Position numbers and translations under genes: made by a program
Shown here: positions 12,056-24,470 of the stretch, in pieces
Numbering within the stretch: position 1 is the first letter of the stretch
Layout of the letters: every line of letters begins with the position of its first letter
NCBI RefSeq assembly: GCF_004010195.1
Contig: NC_057718.1
Coordinates: 1,818,800 to 1,855,995 of the forward strand
Direction of reading: 5' to 3'
Length of the DNA: 37,196 nucleotides
Origin: Chiloscyllium plagiosum
Lineage: Eukaryota
Notes under the pieces: model-generated
The model's input: only the letters and a program-made list of their open reading frames with translations
The model's database searches: none
Told to the model about the DNA's origin: nothing

Positions 12056-12370
12056 AATATAACCACTTCCTAATGGACTTGTGGTCAAAGGTGTTTTTCT
12101 TCATAAACTTCTCCACGAAGGACAGNNNNNNNNNNNNNNNNNNNNNNNNNNNNNNNNNNNNNNNNNNNNNNNNNNNNNNNNNNNNNNNNNNNNNNNNNNN
12201 NNNNNNNNNNNNNNNNNNNNNNNNNNCACACCTGATGACCAGGTGTTTTCCCACGATGGAGAGCGACCGTAGCTTCCATCTGCCCAGTTTCTGCCTCACT
12301 TTGCTGATACGCTCCTCCCAAGACTTGGCGCACGCCCCAGCCCCTCCGAACCAAATACCAAGCACCCTAC
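12056..12370 (-). mobile_element. Tx1/L1-clade ORF2 C-terminal fragments across a gap
   Basis: VLGIWFGGAGACAKSWEERISKVRQKLGRWKLRSLSIVGK and LSFVEKFMKKNTFDHKSIRKW. Confidence 0.8.
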
Positions 12371-12869
12371 ACATAAAGCTCTTCAGCAGGAATGAAATAG
12401 CCACTGAGCCAGTGTAACAGCCCTTATCACCAGGGCTGGTCTTCACATGATACCCTTCACCCTCCCGCTGACTGTAAAGTCCACTACCAAAATGTAAATT
12501 TGCAATGTCACAGCACCCTCTGGTTTGATGGGATATTCTGATAATTCATGGTTTGTCTACCTGAGGTTGAATTAATTTTTTGTGCTGTACAGGAGTTCCT
12601 TGTTAAGTTAAAAGCCTGGTCAATATGTTTGCTAACCTGAGTCCATCAGACTTAAAAACTGGGCAATTTGAGTATTTTGATTAAATCTTTAACTTTTGTG
12701 ACAATCCCAGGAGTAGTAGTGGGATTGTAGCAAAGCACTTTCCCAACTGGCAGTCTGGTTAGAGTTAGTACTGAAACAGTGGGTAGTGTTGTACCTAATC
12801 ACATAGAATTAACATGATAATACTGGCAATGGCTGAGTGATTTGTCATTAGATTGCTAACTCAGAAACT

Positions 12870-13125
12870 TAACTAACTCTGTGGGACCTGAGTTCAAACC
12901 CCACCAATGGCAGATGGGGGAGTTTGAGTCAGTATAGAATCGAGAATAAAGGGCCTGATGATGATCATGACACCATTGCCGATTGTCAAAAAACCCCCAC
13001 TTGGGTTCACTAATGTCCTTCAGAGAAGGAAACGCCATGCTGACCTGGTCTGGCTGCCATGTGACTCCAATGTGGATCACCCTTCACAGCCCAATGGGCT
13101 GACCCAGCCAGTGACACCCTCATCC
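12870..13125 (+). mobile_element. Deu-domain SINE (SacSINE1-like)
   Basis: B-box gagttcaaacccc, then gattgtcaaaaaaccc...ggttcactaatgtccttcagagaaggaaa...cctggtctggc...atgtgactcca. Confidence 0.65.
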
Positions 13126-13498
13126 TGTACGTGAGTGGACCAGACCAACAGGAGGCAGTGTAACACAGGCAAGGGGGTGGCACAGGAAACACTCCAATCA
13201 GGGCTCGTCTGCTCGAACCATTTCTTTGACTTTATCTTTCTCCTCCTACAACATTCCTTTCAACTATTACATCAACATTTCAACTAATACCCCAACTAAC
13301 ACACAGCGGAATGCAGGAGTGAGTGAGCCCTGGAGGCAAATCTCCAGTCACTGGGAATGGACTCCAGCGAAACAGACCCTGGGGACAGTGAGTGGGGTAA
13401 ACAATCCCCAGGGACAGTGAGTGGGGTAAACAGTCCCCGGGGACAGTGAGTGGGGTAAACAATCCCCGGGGACAGTGAGTGGGGTAAACAATCCCCGG

Positions 13499-13681
13499 GG
13501 ATGAGGGTGTCACTGGCTGGGTCAGCCCATTGGGCTGTGAAGGGTGATCCACATTGGAGTCACATGGCAGCCAGACCAGGTCAGCATGGCGTTTCCTTCT
13601 CTGAAGGACATTAGTGAACCCAAGTGGGGGTTTTTTGACAATCGGCAATGGTGTCATGATCATCATCAGGCCCTTTATTCT
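13499..13681 (-). repeat. 183-bp inverted copy of 12943-13125
   Basis: Base-by-base reverse complement with no mismatch seen. Confidence 0.92.
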
Positions 13682-14300
13682 ACGGAAAGCTGATAGGGGA
13701 GGGGAGGGAAAATATATCACCAAGGATATATTTCCCTCCCCTCCCCTATCAGCTTTCCGTAGAGACCACTCCCTCCGCGACTCCCTTGTCAGATCCACAC
13801 CCTCCACCGACCCAACCACCACTCCCGGCACCTTCCCTTGCAACCGCAGGAGGTGCAACACCTGCGCCCACACCTCCCCCCTCACTTCTCTCCAAGGCCC
13901 CAAAGGAAACTTCCATACCCGCCACAGATTCACCTGCACCTCCACCCACATCATCTACTGCATCCGCTGCAGCCGGTCTGGCCTCCTCTATATTGGGGAG
14001 ACAGGCCGCCTACTTGCGGAGCGATTCAGAGAGCACCTCTGGGCCACCCGGACGAACCAACCCAACCAACCTGTAGCACAGCATTTCAACTCCCCCTCCC
14101 ACTCCACCGAGGATATGCAGGTCATTGGACTCATCCACCGCCAAACCACAACAACCCGACGGTCGGAGGAGGAGCATCTTATCTTCCGACTGGGAACCCT
14201 CCAACCGCAGGGGATCAACTTGGACTTCACCAGTTTCTTCATCCCCCCTCCCCCCACCTTGTCTCAGCCGGATCCCTCCAGCCCGGCACCCCCTTCCTGA
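13614..14300 (+). CDS. Penelope (Neptune-type Cys linker) GIY-YIG endonuclease C-terminal ORF; N-terminus is chimeric junction DNA
   Basis: PCNRRRCNTC...IIYCIRCSRSGLLYIGETGRLLAERFREH...VAQHFN...EEHLIFRLGTLQPQGIN. Confidence 0.88.
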   Translation: MNPSGGFLTIGNGVMIIIRPFILRKADRGGEGKYITKDIFPSPPLSAFRRDHSLRDSLVRSTPSTDPTTTPGTFPCNRRRCNTCAHTSPLTSLQGPKGNFHTRHRFTCTSTHIIYCIRCSRSGLLYIGETGRLLAERFREHLWATRTNQPNQPVAQHFNSPSHSTEDMQVIGLIHRQTTTTRRSEEEHLIFRLGTLQPQGINLDFTSFFIPPPPTLSQPDPSSPAPPS

Positions 14301-14545
14301 CCTGCAGTCTTCTTCTTGACCTCCCCGCCTCCATCCTACTCCGACCTATCACCCTCACCTTGACCTCTTTCCACCTATCACATTTCCAACGCCCCTCCTC
14401 CAAGTCCCTCCTCCCTACCTTTTATCTTCTCCTGCTGAACACTCTCTGCTCATTCCTGAAGAAGGGCCTGTGCCCGAAACGTCGAATCTCCTGTTTCCTG
14501 GATGCTGCCTGACCTGCTGTGCTGTTCCAGCAATAAAGTTTCAAC
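13682..14545 (+). mobile_element. 5'-truncated Penelope-like retroelement with a fold-back 5' end, inserted in the satellite
   Basis: GIY-YIG ORF, pLTR and an aataaa end. TSD taaacaatccccgggga at 13485-13501 and 14546-14562. Confidence 0.92.
14452..14487 (+). ncRNA. Minimal type I hammerhead ribozyme in Penelope pLTR
   Basis: ATTC-CTGAAGA-A-GGGC-CTGT-GCCC-GAAA-CGTC-GAAT: intact core, stems I and II, palindromic ACGT stem III and a GUC cleavage site. Confidence 0.8.
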
Positions 14546-15415
14546 TAAACAATCCCCGGGGACAGTGAGTGGGGTAAACAGTCCCCGGGACAGTGAGTGG
14601 GGTAAACAGTCCCCAGGACAGTGTGTGGGGTAAACAGTCCCGGGACAGTGAGTGGGGAAAACACACCCGGGACAGTGAGTGGGGTAAACAGTCCCTGGGG
14701 TCAGTGAGTGGGGTAAACAGTCCCCGTGGACAGTGAGTGGGGTAAACAGTCCCCGGGGATAGTGAGTGGGGTAAACAGTCCCCGGGGACAGTGAGTGGGG
14801 TAAACAGTCCCCGGGATAGTGAGTGGGGTAAACAGTCCCCGGGGACAGTGAGTGGGGTAAACAGTCCCCGGGATAGTGAGTGGGGTAAACAGTCCCCGGG
14901 GACAGTGAGTGGGGTAAACAGTCCCAGGACAGTGAGTGGAGTAAACAGTCCCTGGGACAGTGAGTGGGGTAAACAGACACCGGGATAGTGAGTGGGGTAA
15001 ACAGTCCCCGGGGACAGTGAGTGGGGTAAACAGTCCCAGGACAGTGAGTGGAGTAAACAGTCCCGGGGACAGTGAGTGGGGTAAACAATCCGCGGGACAG
15101 TGAGTGGGGTAAACAGTCCCCGGGGACAGTGAGTGGGGTAAACAGTCCCAGGGACAGTGAGTGGGGTAAACAGTCCCCGGGGACAGTGAGTGGGGTAAAC
15201 AGACACCGGGGACAGTGAGTGGGGTAAACAGTCCCCAGGACAGTGTGTGGGGTAAACAGTCCCCGGGGACAGTGTGTGGGGTAAACAGTCCCCAGGACAG
15301 TGTGTGGGGTAAACAGTCCCCGGGACAGTGAGTGGGGTAAACAGTCCGCGGGATAGTGAGTGGGGTAAACAGACCCCGGGATAGTGAGTGGGGTAAACAG
15401 TCCCCAGGGACAGTG

Positions 15416-15915
15416 NNNNNNNNNNNNNNNNNNNNNNNNNNNNNNNNNNNNNNNNNNNNNNNNNNNNNNNNNNNNNNNNNNNNNNNNNNNNNNNNNNNNN
15501 NNNNNNNNNNNNNNNNNNNNNNNNNNNNNNNNNNNNNNNNNNNNNNNNNNNNNNNNNNNNNNNNNNNNNNNNNNNNNNNNNNNNNNNNNNNNNNNNNNNN
15601 NNNNNNNNNNNNNNNNNNNNNNNNNNNNNNNNNNNNNNNNNNNNNNNNNNNNNNNNNNNNNNNNNNNNNNNNNNNNNNNNNNNNNNNNNNNNNNNNNNNN
15701 NNNNNNNNNNNNNNNNNNNNNNNNNNNNNNNNNNNNNNNNNNNNNNNNNNNNNNNNNNNNNNNNNNNNNNNNNNNNNNNNNNNNNNNNNNNNNNNNNNNN
15801 NNNNNNNNNNNNNNNNNNNNNNNNNNNNNNNNNNNNNNNNNNNNNNNNNNNNNNNNNNNNNNNNNNNNNNNNNNNNNNNNNNNNNNNNNNNNNNNNNNNN
15901 NNNNNNNNNNNNNNN
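15416..15915. other. Assembly gap (others: 5167-5400, 12126-12226, 25615-26014, 31748-32247)
   Basis: Runs of N. Confidence 1.
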
Positions 15916-17544
15916 GAATATATCATTTGATATTTCTTCATAAATGTCTAATTTATATTCTCTCCATAATTTCAGAGAATGACAAACTGTTAACAATGTG
16001 ATCTTGCTTGAATTGAAATACACGTTTTTTTTCACTTCAGTGCCAACACTGAAAACACATAGAGTTTATTTCCAATCAGCACACAGATGTCTAAAATTGA
16101 TCATTCATGGGATTTAATTCCAGAAATGTATTTTCACAACACATTTAATCACATCTTTATTGTTCAAGTCACCAATTCAAATATATAAACTCTTATTCAC
16201 CAGCCCAATCAAAAAGTAAAATGAATCAGTGCAACTTCAGTCTGATAATTGCTGACATAAATATTGCAATTTATCGAAGTGTTGTCATGGCCTTTGATCA
16301 AATGAACTTTCACATTAGGGCTCCATTCAGTGTTTGTCAGAAATGTGTTTGTGTTTTTCACCCAATCGTATTGACTGTAAGCTGGAAATGCTATGAAAAT
16401 ATCGGAGTGTGTTCACTTGAATATTGGTTTTGCATTTCTCTCACTTATCTCGGTCATCATGGGATGCTTTTAAGTGACTTTTACTGAACAACTCGAGTGA
16501 GTTTTAAATGTCTGTTGACTTCGAATAAGACCTGTAACACCGGTTTCTTAATCAGTTCCTAAGGCATGTAAAATTTAAATGCTGTTGAAATCAATGCAAG
16601 TACACTACACATAAAGCCATCCAATTCTTCATGATCATCTCATTACTAACCAGTGGAATTCTCTTCGTAATTCCCTTATTAATTTTGAGTTCAGTAACCA
16701 CAGTGAACAGCTGGTTATCCAATAAATACAATAGATAGCGTCTTATTAAATATCCACCCAATAATCATTGCTATAAATGTGTAACATTGGTTCAATATAT
16801 CAATAGCTGCACACATTTCGAACACGTGTCCATTCAACATATTTGCCTGTTTATTTAAATCAAAATCAAACAACTGCCTCTGTAAAATGTTATTGACTAT
16901 GTCTTTTATTCTTAATGCTCACGTTTGTTATCTAGTGATTTTCTTCTTAATTCTGAAACAAATATCCAAAGAATGATCAGACTAAAATTCACATGAATTT
17001 TAAATTGCTTTCTCTATAAGAAATCCAACGGGTTTAATAGCCGATAACTTTGAACAAAACACAACTCTTTTCAACAACCCCTGAATATTTAATGTTTTGT
17101 TTCAATCCATCGACAAAACATTTGAATCCTCAGGTCATTGATCACAATGAATGTCCAATCAACACCATCGCAAATATTGAATTATTTCATCTGTTAGAAT
17201 TCCAGCCTTCATCATCCCTTCATTGGCATCGCACAAGGGAATTGGAGTTTTACAATCGAAGTTCACAGGTGAAGTGATTTGAGACATTGGTTTGTTTATT
17301 TGCAATCCTAAAATCTCAAAATCATAAACGATGCATGTGTCCCGCAATCACTGTACACAGTCTTCTGTTCAACACACACTACAAATGTTTGATTATTCCC
17401 CATACCAATAAAATCTCAGAATCTCTAAATATTTGTCACTCCAATACAGACCATTCATTTTCCAAAGTTAAAATCTATCTTTTACGTTCTTCTGACCAGT
17501 AGCAGTTGGACAGATCTCATTTTTGCAAGTCTACAGCCATTCAA

Positions 17545-17678
17545 AGTCGAAAGTGTGATGCTGGAAAAGCACAGCAGGTCAGGCAGCATCTGAGGAGCAG
17601 GAGAGTCGACATTTCTGGCATAAGCCCTTCATGGAGAAAGAGGCTTGTGGGCGGGGGAGCTGTCCTCACTTTCTCCGA
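17545..17678. mobile_element. Penelope family A pLTR fragment (duplicated at 31453-31584)
   Basis: gtgtgatgctggaaaagcacagcaggtcaggcagcatc...ctcactttctcc. Confidence 0.8.
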
Positions 17679-19138
17679 AATGCATTCAAAGGCTGGTTAC
17701 TGTTCACTTTCGGAAATGTCTTTGAGATTGAAGTATTTTTTTCCGACAATCATTGGAACATCTAACCATATATCAGTTCATCAATCCCTGGAAATCCCAT
17801 TTACCTGTTCAGCCCAATCATTACAAGGAATATCGCTCAAAAGGTTGAAATATATATTGGTTTTTAATCGTCAATAGTAACATCAAAATATCTAACTGCT
17901 TTCAACCCAGTGATCTGACTGTGCAAATATTGTTAGACAGACTGATTTTGAAAAATGTTATGCAGTTATCAGGAACAGAAACAAATTTATCATTGTCTTA
18001 TTGTTATTGTTATTTTTAAAAAATGCTCTAATTTGCAGAAATGTAGCATGTACCAATTTAATGTTGAATTCAATAACAGTTCTAATTTTGTACTGATTGT
18101 CAAACTACAGAAATGCTCAATGAAATACTGTAAGTAAATGTGTACAACAGGAGACAACAGTGAGGGGGTGAAATGACTAATTCTTGTTCTGTGTAGCGAT
18201 CATAGTTATTGCTTAAATCATGAACCATGAGACCACTGTTTTAAAGGTCTCGGATCAGTGAATCAACATAAATCTATAAATATCTCAACACTTATCGATC
18301 ATTTCAATGTGTTAGTGTGTCAAGCATTTGTTCAGTCCACTACTCTTCAGAAATGCCTATTTTTTTTGTGCGCCATAATTTCAGAAATTGTCAAATTGTT
18401 AACAGTGCAGTTTTGTTTGATTGAAATTAATTATTTTTTTGCTTCAATGCCAACATTATAAACATAAAAAGTTTATTTCCAAACAGCATGGAATATCTAA
18501 ATATTGCAAATGTAATGAATTTGAATAGCATTTAATAAAACATTTAGCACGTCATTATTGTCCATGTCAGTAATACAAATATATAAATACTTATTTACCA
18601 TTCTAATCAACATGGAGAAAGACATCGATTATGTGTTCAGTGATAGAAACAAATGCCCCTTTGTATAATTCTTCAGTCTGCTGGTCACCTGACACCTGTT
18701 CCGAAATTCTTGTATTTCTTTTACATTTCTTGTGAAAGTCGTTTGAACAAGTTAAATTTCTACTTATTGTTCATTCATGAATTGTCATAAACCTGACTTT
18801 ATTTTTCCACTCAACTAATGATCTTGACTGAGTTTGAAATTATTCGACAATATTGTTATTGCTTACTTGAATATTGGTTTTTTATGTCTTATGAATGGTT
18901 TGATGATTTTCCATACATTTCGCCAAACGGTTTGAGTGAATTTCAAAGTTTATTGATGTCAATTAAGACCTCTGATATCTGATGATTAATTGGTTCCTAA
19001 ATCATGCAAATTATCTTAACTTTATTAAAATCAATGCACACATAAGTATTGCTCACAAAACAACAAGAATGGTCTTTATAATCATCTAATTATTGTTATG
19101 TAGAAAACTGTTAGTAATTATGTTATTGTTCTTGTCCT

Positions 19139-19290
19139 TTAGAGAAGGAAATCTGCCATCCTTACCTGAACTGGCCTCTCTATGACTCCAGACCCACACC
19201 AAGTGGTCAACACTTCACTGCCCTCTGAGAATTTAGGGATAGACAATAAATGTTGGTCCATCCAATGACAATGACGTCTCATCAATAAAT
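19139..19290 (+). mobile_element. Deu-type SINE 3' fragment (duplicated, inverted, at ~30235-30388)
   Basis: agagaaggaaatctgccatccttacctg...gactccagacccac...caataaatgttggtcc. Confidence 0.7.
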
Positions 19291-21330
19291 ACACAAGACA
19301 ATTAAACATTTGGTTAACATCACCTCCAACAAACGCAATTGATATTTTCTTATTTTTCAATTCAGCAAGTACACACAATACATGTTGCTGAGACCAAAAA
19401 GCACACGTTATTATTAATGGTTGAGGAAATTGATAGCAACATATATCCAGATGTTGATAATCCTGAGTATTCGCAAGGTTTCCAGTAGGTATGCATCCAA
19501 TCATTGTTGTTAATGTGTTATTTTGGCTCCATACATCAGAAGCTGCAAACATTTTCAATGCATGTCCATTAAACATATTTATCTGTTTAATTAGATTTAA
19601 ATACTTAAATATTTTTAAATTGCCACTGTTAATGACTGCATCTTTCAGTCACTGTAATATTCACATTCAGTTCCGACTTCATTTCTGCCTAATTCTGTGG
19701 CAAATATCTAAATATTGGATCATCCTCAAATTATAAATTACTTTTTTCAACAATAATCCAATAGAAATGTAGAACTCTTGAACAGCTTACAGTTTAGAAT
19801 CAGAAAAAAATTATTTTGAATAATTACTGAATGTCTAATACTTTTTCAAATATATCAACCAAGAATTTTAATCCTAAATTTACTGATCTTAATTAATATT
19901 GAATAAATGTCAGAGCAAACTGCTTTGAACGTATCAAATTGTTTTGCTTGTTGGAATTCTAACGGTAGTTATCAACTTGTCATTCCAATAATTACACAGC
20001 GATTCAGCTTTGTCTTTCTAATAATTATCGTGCCATTCATGTTTTAATTTAATCCATTATTTCTTCATGCACAATATTTAAATAAAAAATAAGTGATCAT
20101 TTTCTGTGCCAACACACCTACAAAACAACAACTGATTTCCCATCGAATACAAGTGGTGATTATCTGATTCTTTCTCATCTAAATACACACTGTACTCATG
20201 AGATTGTTCGGCTTTACAAATTAAAACATGTTGAATTGCATTCACACTAATAAGTAGTGTTCATTTCAACACATTGCAATGTGAGATTTCTTCTTATCCT
20301 TCAGCTCACTAGTAGCTGTTTTTAAATCTAATTGTTATTAATATCTAATATTTATAATAGATCAAGTACAGTAGCCACTCTAAATATAGAATTGTCTTTC
20401 AGTATATTAGCTGACTGTTACGTTTTCCAAACTTAGTGTATATTGCGTTTGTTTTAACAGTGCAATCCTCATAAATTTATTTGATAATATTTCAAATTGG
20501 TGGTGATATCTTTTGTATTTCTAATGATCACGCAAAGCGCTACATATTTTTCATGCTAAACATTATTGACATTTTCCTTGCTGTTTGCCTGTGTAAGAAA
20601 AATGAACTGACATCCCTTTATCGCACTGACTGGAATGAACAATTATAAGGTATTAGATATGAACAACAACTAAATTTTAAAAATTCTAATAACTTCATTT
20701 CATTCAACAACAGCACTACACTTTGACTTCTCAAGAGTCTGCCATTTTTGGGAAAAGAAAGGAAAGGTGAATTCAGTTGAATTGTCACATTAAATGATGG
20801 TTGTGTTTTTTTCCAATTCATGCCTGCAAGAAAATGCTTTTAAATTTAATTTCATTTTCAAATAGTTTTTTTTAAAATTTTTATTTCAAGACTGTTCCGT
20901 CAATGTATAATAATTACGCAATTTTGTCATTTTTCTCCGGCCAAATGAGATTGATTCTGATTTGTTCACTAGTACTCCTTTGTTATGTTTAATTACACCC
21001 AAATTCTAACACAAATGTCTAACCATTAACGTGACAGAAGTTACATCAGTTATCAATTACTTTTCTCTACAAGTAAAACAATGGATTGAAATATAGAATT
21101 CTTGAATAGCCTGCAATTTTGAATGAGAAAACAGCTTTGCGCTGCTTCATTTTTCAACGTATCAACCCAGTTACTATACTTTTGTCCTTTAGAAATCTGT
21201 TTATAAATATCATCAACACGAGAGCAAACCATTTTGAAAGTAATAAATCAATTTAATTGTTAGAATTTTAACATCAATTATTATTCATTGCCATTAAAAA
21301 TTTCACACAATGATTTAGCTTTGTCTTTCT

Positions 21331-21722
21331 CATAGTGTCAGAGAGTCATAGAGATGTATAACATGGAAACAAACCCTTCGGTCCAACCCGTCCTCGCCGA
21401 CCCGATATCCCGACCCAATCTAGTCCCACCTGCCAGCACCCGGCCCTTATCCCTCCAAACCCTTCCTAATCATATACCCATCCAAATGCCTCTTAAATGT
21501 TGCAATTGCACCAATCTCCACCACTTCCTCTGGCAGCTCATTCCATACACATACCACCCTCTGTGTGAAACAATTGCCCCTTAGATCTCTTTTATATCTT
21601 TCCACTTTCACCCTATGCCCTCTAGTTCTGGACTCCCCGACCCCAGGGAATAGCAGCCACAACATGATCTCCCAACTCCTGTACTCAGTACTCTGACCAA
21701 TAAAGGAAAGCATACCAAATGC
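21331..21722 (-). mobile_element. CR1 3' fragment
   Basis: ORF ...ESRTRGHRVKVERYKRDLRGNCFTQRVVCVWNELPEEVV and a catagag tail. Confidence 0.9.
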
Positions 21723-22141
21723 TTTTAATTTTCATTTCTTTGGAAGGAAAACTGATTTTAACATAACAACTTATGTTATTTACTGTTATTTATCAATGTA
21801 CAAGGATCACATGACTTTCCAGTTCATTTTTCAGCCAGTTGTCATGAGATTCCTATTTAATTAAGACACGTATTGCTTCATTTCATCAGTATTATAATTT
21901 ACTAATTGATTTCCAGACCAATAAACAGAGATACTAATTAATTCCCAGTCCAATTATCACAATAAACATTTGATTAATGTTCATTTGAGTAACCACTGTA
22001 GGCATGCAATAATCATCTTAGATTACTGTGAGTATTCCAGTGAGATAGAATTAAATATTTACTTGGAGTGTGGGTTGGGAAATCATTGGTTGTTTTACGG
22101 TTGTGTTTACTGCAAAATATATTTAACTTTTCATTGGTTTT

Positions 22142-22505
22142 AGAACATCGAACATAGAAAAGTGCAGGACAGAACAGGCCCTTCGGCCCACGATGTGGTG
22201 CTGAGGATTAATCCGAACTGAAAATAACCTATGCTTCCCTCAATTCTCTGCTATCCATGTGCGTGTCTAGCAGTCACTTAAATGTCCCTAATAACTCTGC
22301 TTCCACCAGGACCTCTGGCAACGCATTTCATGCATTCACAATGCTCTGTGTCTCCTCTATACCTTCCTCCTAATACATTAAAGCAAGGACCCCTCGTACC
22401 CGTCAATCTTGTCCTGAGGAAAAGGCTCTGGCTATCGACCCTATCCAGGTCTCTCATTACCTTGTACATCGCGATCGGGTCACCTCTCTTCCCTCCTTCT
22501 CTCCA
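22142..22505 (-). mobile_element. CR1 3' fragment
   Basis: MYKVMRDLDRVDSQSLF..TRG and a gaacatag tail. Confidence 0.88.
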
Positions 22506-23565
22506 AAAGCTTTTGGCGCCAAGACATTGTGTAATAAAGTATAAATCTCTCAGTGCTTGTTACAAAGACTACACCAAATTATCGTGCGATTATTGAAATG
22601 ACAATGAATTGATAATCAAAGTTAGAATTATAACAAATGAAATCATTCAATATTTCCAAAGTAGTTTGCTCTGATGTTAAGATAACCGTTAAGGTCTGTA
22701 AACTGAAGATTGGAATTTTGGGTGAATGGATCGTTAGAAAAATTAAACAGTCTGTAATTATTGATCATTCAAAATATCAGCTATTCCAGAATTCTGTGTT
22801 TCCTTCCATTGGTTTGCCTACAAAAAAAAATGATTCATGTAACTTTTAGTGTGCTCAATATTCAGATATTGGTATCAGAATTAGTAAGAAAAGGAGGAGG
22901 TAACGCAGGAATGACAGAAGGGAGCAGGTGATCATTGATACTTGATTTTAAAATGTTAATAAATAAATATTTTTGTTGCTCTGATGTTGATTGGATTCTC
23001 ATTAAAATCAATAAACTGAGGAATAAACTATATCCAATTGCTGGATTGTGCAAAAATGACACATTCACGACCATTTCTGAACACAACTATATTTTGTCCA
23101 AAAATGCAGGCGTTAGAAGAATTACCTACTTCCTTATATGGGTTTTCATGTAGAGACATGCATTTTTAATTTATGTAACTTTTATCACAATCAATGTTTA
23201 GACATTTGTGTCAGAATTAGGAAGAAAATAAATAGCCAGTGAAAGTGATTCTTATAATGCACAAACAATACAGTCAGTGACATTAGGAAGAAAAAAGAAT
23301 TTTCATAATTATCTGTTTATTGTACATTGCAATGAAAATGAAAAAAAAAAATCCATATGTTCAAGGCAGTTTTTTTTCTGATAATGAACTGAAAATAAAA
23401 ATAATTTTGCAGTCTACATAAATTGTAAAAGTAAGGAGTCATTTAATGAGACAAGTCAGCTGAAGACTATTTGACATTTTCCAAAAATGGATGGATTTCA
23501 AACATTCAAACTGTGCTGCGCTTGATGAACTAAACAACAAATGGACATACCTCCATTGTTGCAAA

Positions 23566-23767
23566 CGTGAGGGCTGCAGATGCTGGAGGTACGAGTTGAA
23601 GAGTGTGGTGCTGGAAAAGCACAGCATCCGAGGAGCAGGAGAATCGATGTTTCGAGCATAGCTCTTCATCGGGAATGAGCTCATTCCTGAAGAAGTGCTT
23701 ATGGTCAAAATGTCGACTCTCCTGCTCCTCTGATGCCCTGTGCTTTTCTAGCAACACACTCTTCAAC
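23566..23767. mobile_element. Penelope family A inverted-pLTR hairpin element
   Basis: Inverted arms around gaatgagctcattc and a degenerate TSD. Confidence 0.8.
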
Positions 23768-24279
23768 CCGTAACTCCGTTGCTTTTTGTACCCCCCCCTT
23801 CCCAAAATAGTAACTTTTAGAAGATTTTTCACATGAAAAAGATGGTGTTCTTAGCATGATCATTCGAAACATGTAAATGTTTGTATTGAAATGAACTATA
23901 ATCAAAATAAAGCAACTAGAATTCTACTGTTAAAATAAAAATCAACTGGGAGCCCACATTAAAATCAGATTCAATGAGGATTCAACAATTAAACTAAGAA
24001 TCTGCATTCTGTATTATTGTGAAACTCTACAGTGCAATATGTTTGCATCAGTTCACTCAATCATCATTCCACACTTAAAATTGGATATACTAGATTTGAA
24101 TAATTATTAAATGTTTCATGTCAGCAACAATCAGTATTTTAAAAAAAGTTCATTGCAAATTTAAAAAAAAGTCTAATATTGTTGCTTAATTGTATAATGT
24201 GTCGAAATGAATTATTGAGTGAAAAGCAATCAGACATGTCCTAATTTATAAGGCTGGATATTGATCCCATGATCACTGT

Positions 24280-24470
24280 TGAAAATGTGTTGCTGGAAAA
24301 GCGCAGCAGGTCAGGCAGCATCCAAAGAGCAGGAGAATCGACGTTTCGGGCATGAGCCCTTCTTCAGGAACGTCAATTCTCCTGCTCCTTGGATGTTGCC
24401 TGACCTGCTGCACTTTTCCAGCAACACATTTTCAGCTCTGATCTCCAGCATCTGCAGCCCTCACTTTCTC
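24280..24470. mobile_element. Penelope family A inverted-pLTR hairpin element with an intact minus-strand hammerhead core (24340-24367)
   Basis: TSD cccatgatcactgt (24266-24279) / cccatgattactgt (24471-24484). Confidence 0.85.

Larger units (their letters stand above)
13375..15415. repeat. 28-29 bp GC-rich minisatellite, consensus GGGGACAGTGAGTGGGGTAAACAGTCCCC, interrupted at 13502-14545
   Basis: About 4 units precede the insertion and about 30 follow it. The array runs into the gap at 15416. Confidence 0.95.
17383..20395 (-). repeat. Left arm of a ~3 kb inverted segmental duplication (partner 29138-31747)
   Basis: Near-identical ORFs 19139-19576(-) and 29950-30387(+), and continuous reverse-complement similarity. 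Confidence 0.93.
15916..21950 (-). pseudogene. Decayed TLR-like leucine-rich-repeat array, left (minus) arm
   Basis: One minus frame gives YFHSISSLQSIRLGE (16401-16357), FDQRP*QHFDKLQYL (16302-16258), FYFLIGLVN (16221-16195) and KNVYFNSSKITLL...KLDIYEEISNDIF. SLHLQYLDI lies near 18500. DNA modules are reverse complements of the right arm. Confidence 0.72.

Noticed and set aside
14546..15415. CRISPR-like array, RAG recombination signals (GACAGTG) or long ORFs in the satellite
   Set aside because: There are no unique spacers, the heptamer lacks CAC and has no nonamer, and the ORFs are stop-free repeat translations or run through Ns.
19139..19576. 145-aa ORF conserved in two copies (also 29950-30387)
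   Set aside because: The conservation comes from the recent inverted duplication. The C-terminus is antisense SINE and the ORF crosses LRR frames.
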